64,000 nt of DNA from Mobula hypostoma (lineage: Eukaryota). Positions 62,251-64,000 of this stretch are shown here, piece after piece. The translations under genes were made by a program, and so were the position numbers. The notes under the pieces are model-generated. The model made no database searches and was not told where the DNA came from. It was given only the letters and a program-made list of their open reading frames with translations. The DNA lies in the NCBI RefSeq assembly GCF_963921235.1, contig NC_086097.1:186188001-186252000 (forward strand), written 5' to 3'. Positions within the stretch are counted from its first letter, which is position 1; each line of letters opens with the position of its first letter.

Positions 62251-64000
62251 GCTACTCATATCATAAATATTAAATTATAGTGCTAGGTGAAAATGTACCA
62301 ACCTCTAAATTATATAATTAAACAATTACTTATAAAAACAGCCACATGTTTAACTTGTCCTCCTAACTACAAACTCTGCAGTATAAATTGAACTTACCAT
62401 CTCTACAGCATCTAATCCTGTAGACAGTGAACCACAATATCCTAGTGATGACTTCTCCAATAGGCTTCATACTTGAATAATGACATTAGCAGTTACCTCA
62501 ACTGCACACAATTATTATATTATATATATTTCTAAATACTGATTATAGACACAAACTGAACACAACATATCAACTACTTTATTAGTTAATTATACATTGC
62601 TTCCAGTAGATAGACAAATACCATAAACTGCAAACCAAGATATTAGTGGAAAAAAAACACAAGCAGAACAAGCATATGGTAATGCAAGAAGTAGTCCATA
62701 GTGTTCCAGTACTGGGGAAGAGGATGTTGGCAGCAGTGAAGGAGAAGTAGTAAGGGATTTTACAGGCCTCAAAGACACCAGGCAGATTTGAAGCTGGGAT
62801 TACAATCCAGAAAGTGACATGCGGCTGGTGAGTCAATTAATTGGCAAGTAAGTACTTCCACTACTTTTGCCATGGTAAACAGCAAATTGAGAATGGGTAG
62901 GATTGGAAAATGGGCAAAATGGTGAGGGAGATCGTCACCCTTACCTCAACAGAGAGTGCAATCTAAGAATGGCTGAAGGTTATTCTGCAGGATAATTTTG
63001 ATCTCAGTCTTAAAAGAAGCACAATTCTGTATGTGCATCATTCATCAAAGAGACCTAGGGGAAATGCAATGCCTGTGAAGTCTCTGTTGGAGTAAACTCA
63101 TTACAGATAACCATTTCTTTACCTCCTGAACTAGGGGCCCCAAACTTCAGAACTATTCTGCCATGATTATCCTATTTTCCCCAGTAGAGACATCCAATGA
63201 ATCTGTAACTCTGGAGAAAAGTGCTAAGTAAAACATAGGATCAGTTAGAATATATTCTGTGGACATTTACAATGTGTTTGTGTAGACTGTAGTCAGTTAT
63301 ACAGCTCAATAGTCAGGTCTTCCAATGTAAATATTTAAAAAACAAGGAGAGCAGAAACTAGCATGTTGCTTCTACTGAGATTGTTCTATGGTATCATTGT
63401 CTATAGTTTTTAGGTCCACTTTATGTCATCTGGGCTGATACATGTTAAACGATATATGGCATTATTATGCGCACACTTCATTTCATGTTTATGTTAGTTC
63501 TGCTCATTAAAATATATCACTTCAATGGTTAACCTGCTTTGATGCCTTTTCTCTGGCTTCCAAATAGGTTTACTAATCTGTCTTCCATAACTGACATATC
63601 ACACAAGTCGAGGAATCTGATCACCCTGCGGTCTATCTATAAAATCTCTTGTATGGGAACGAACTCTTGCAAATTCATTCACTTTATTGCTTTTCTCACC
63701 GGTGTTCTCTGTTCTGTTCTTTCCTCTGGTTTTCTGAGCCTTTCTCCAGTCCACAGATGGATGTTCTCCTTGTTCTACCCATTGGCAAAAAAAAACACAA
63801 TGATGCCTGTTTGAGCATCTCCTGACATCTCAATATTTCTGCTGTAAAGATGTTTGTCAGAATGACCTGGCAAAGAACCTCTAATGACCCTTTATTAATA
63901 TCAGGCAACCTGAAATCTCAAAACGTCATTGATGTATGGTCGAGACATCTCCTCAGCTTCTTTTAACAGGGGAGTTTCTGGGCTGTGGAAAAACTGTGTT

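Overview
Vertebrate nuclear DNA, very probably from a cartilaginous fish (shark or ray). This is inferred from the repeat repertoire: abundant CR1 LINEs with 8-mer tails, HE1-like V-SINEs, Rex1/Babar LINEs and Penelope elements. Most of the window is nested transposable-element debris. I recognise no host protein-coding exon, so it is most likely a long intron or intergenic region. Contents: about 20 CR1 copies, including one young copy with a nearly intact APE+RT ORF2 (7095-10078) and two decayed near-full-length copies with esterase ORF1; about 10 Rex1/Babar fragments; two Ty3/Gypsy LTR elements, one a Sushi-like chromovirus lacking RT/RH/IN core; several SINE types; and many Penelope-like (PLE) pieces. 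The most striking pattern is a set of PLE-derived fold-back insertions with 12-15 bp target-site duplications (TSDs). One of them (54634-54854) is an 84-bp hairpin containing an intact minimal type I hammerhead ribozyme core. Two poorly classifiable non-coding retroposons are also present, one with a YY1-like head and one with an RTE-type tail and a structured head. Boundaries of old fragments are approximate, and no database search was run.
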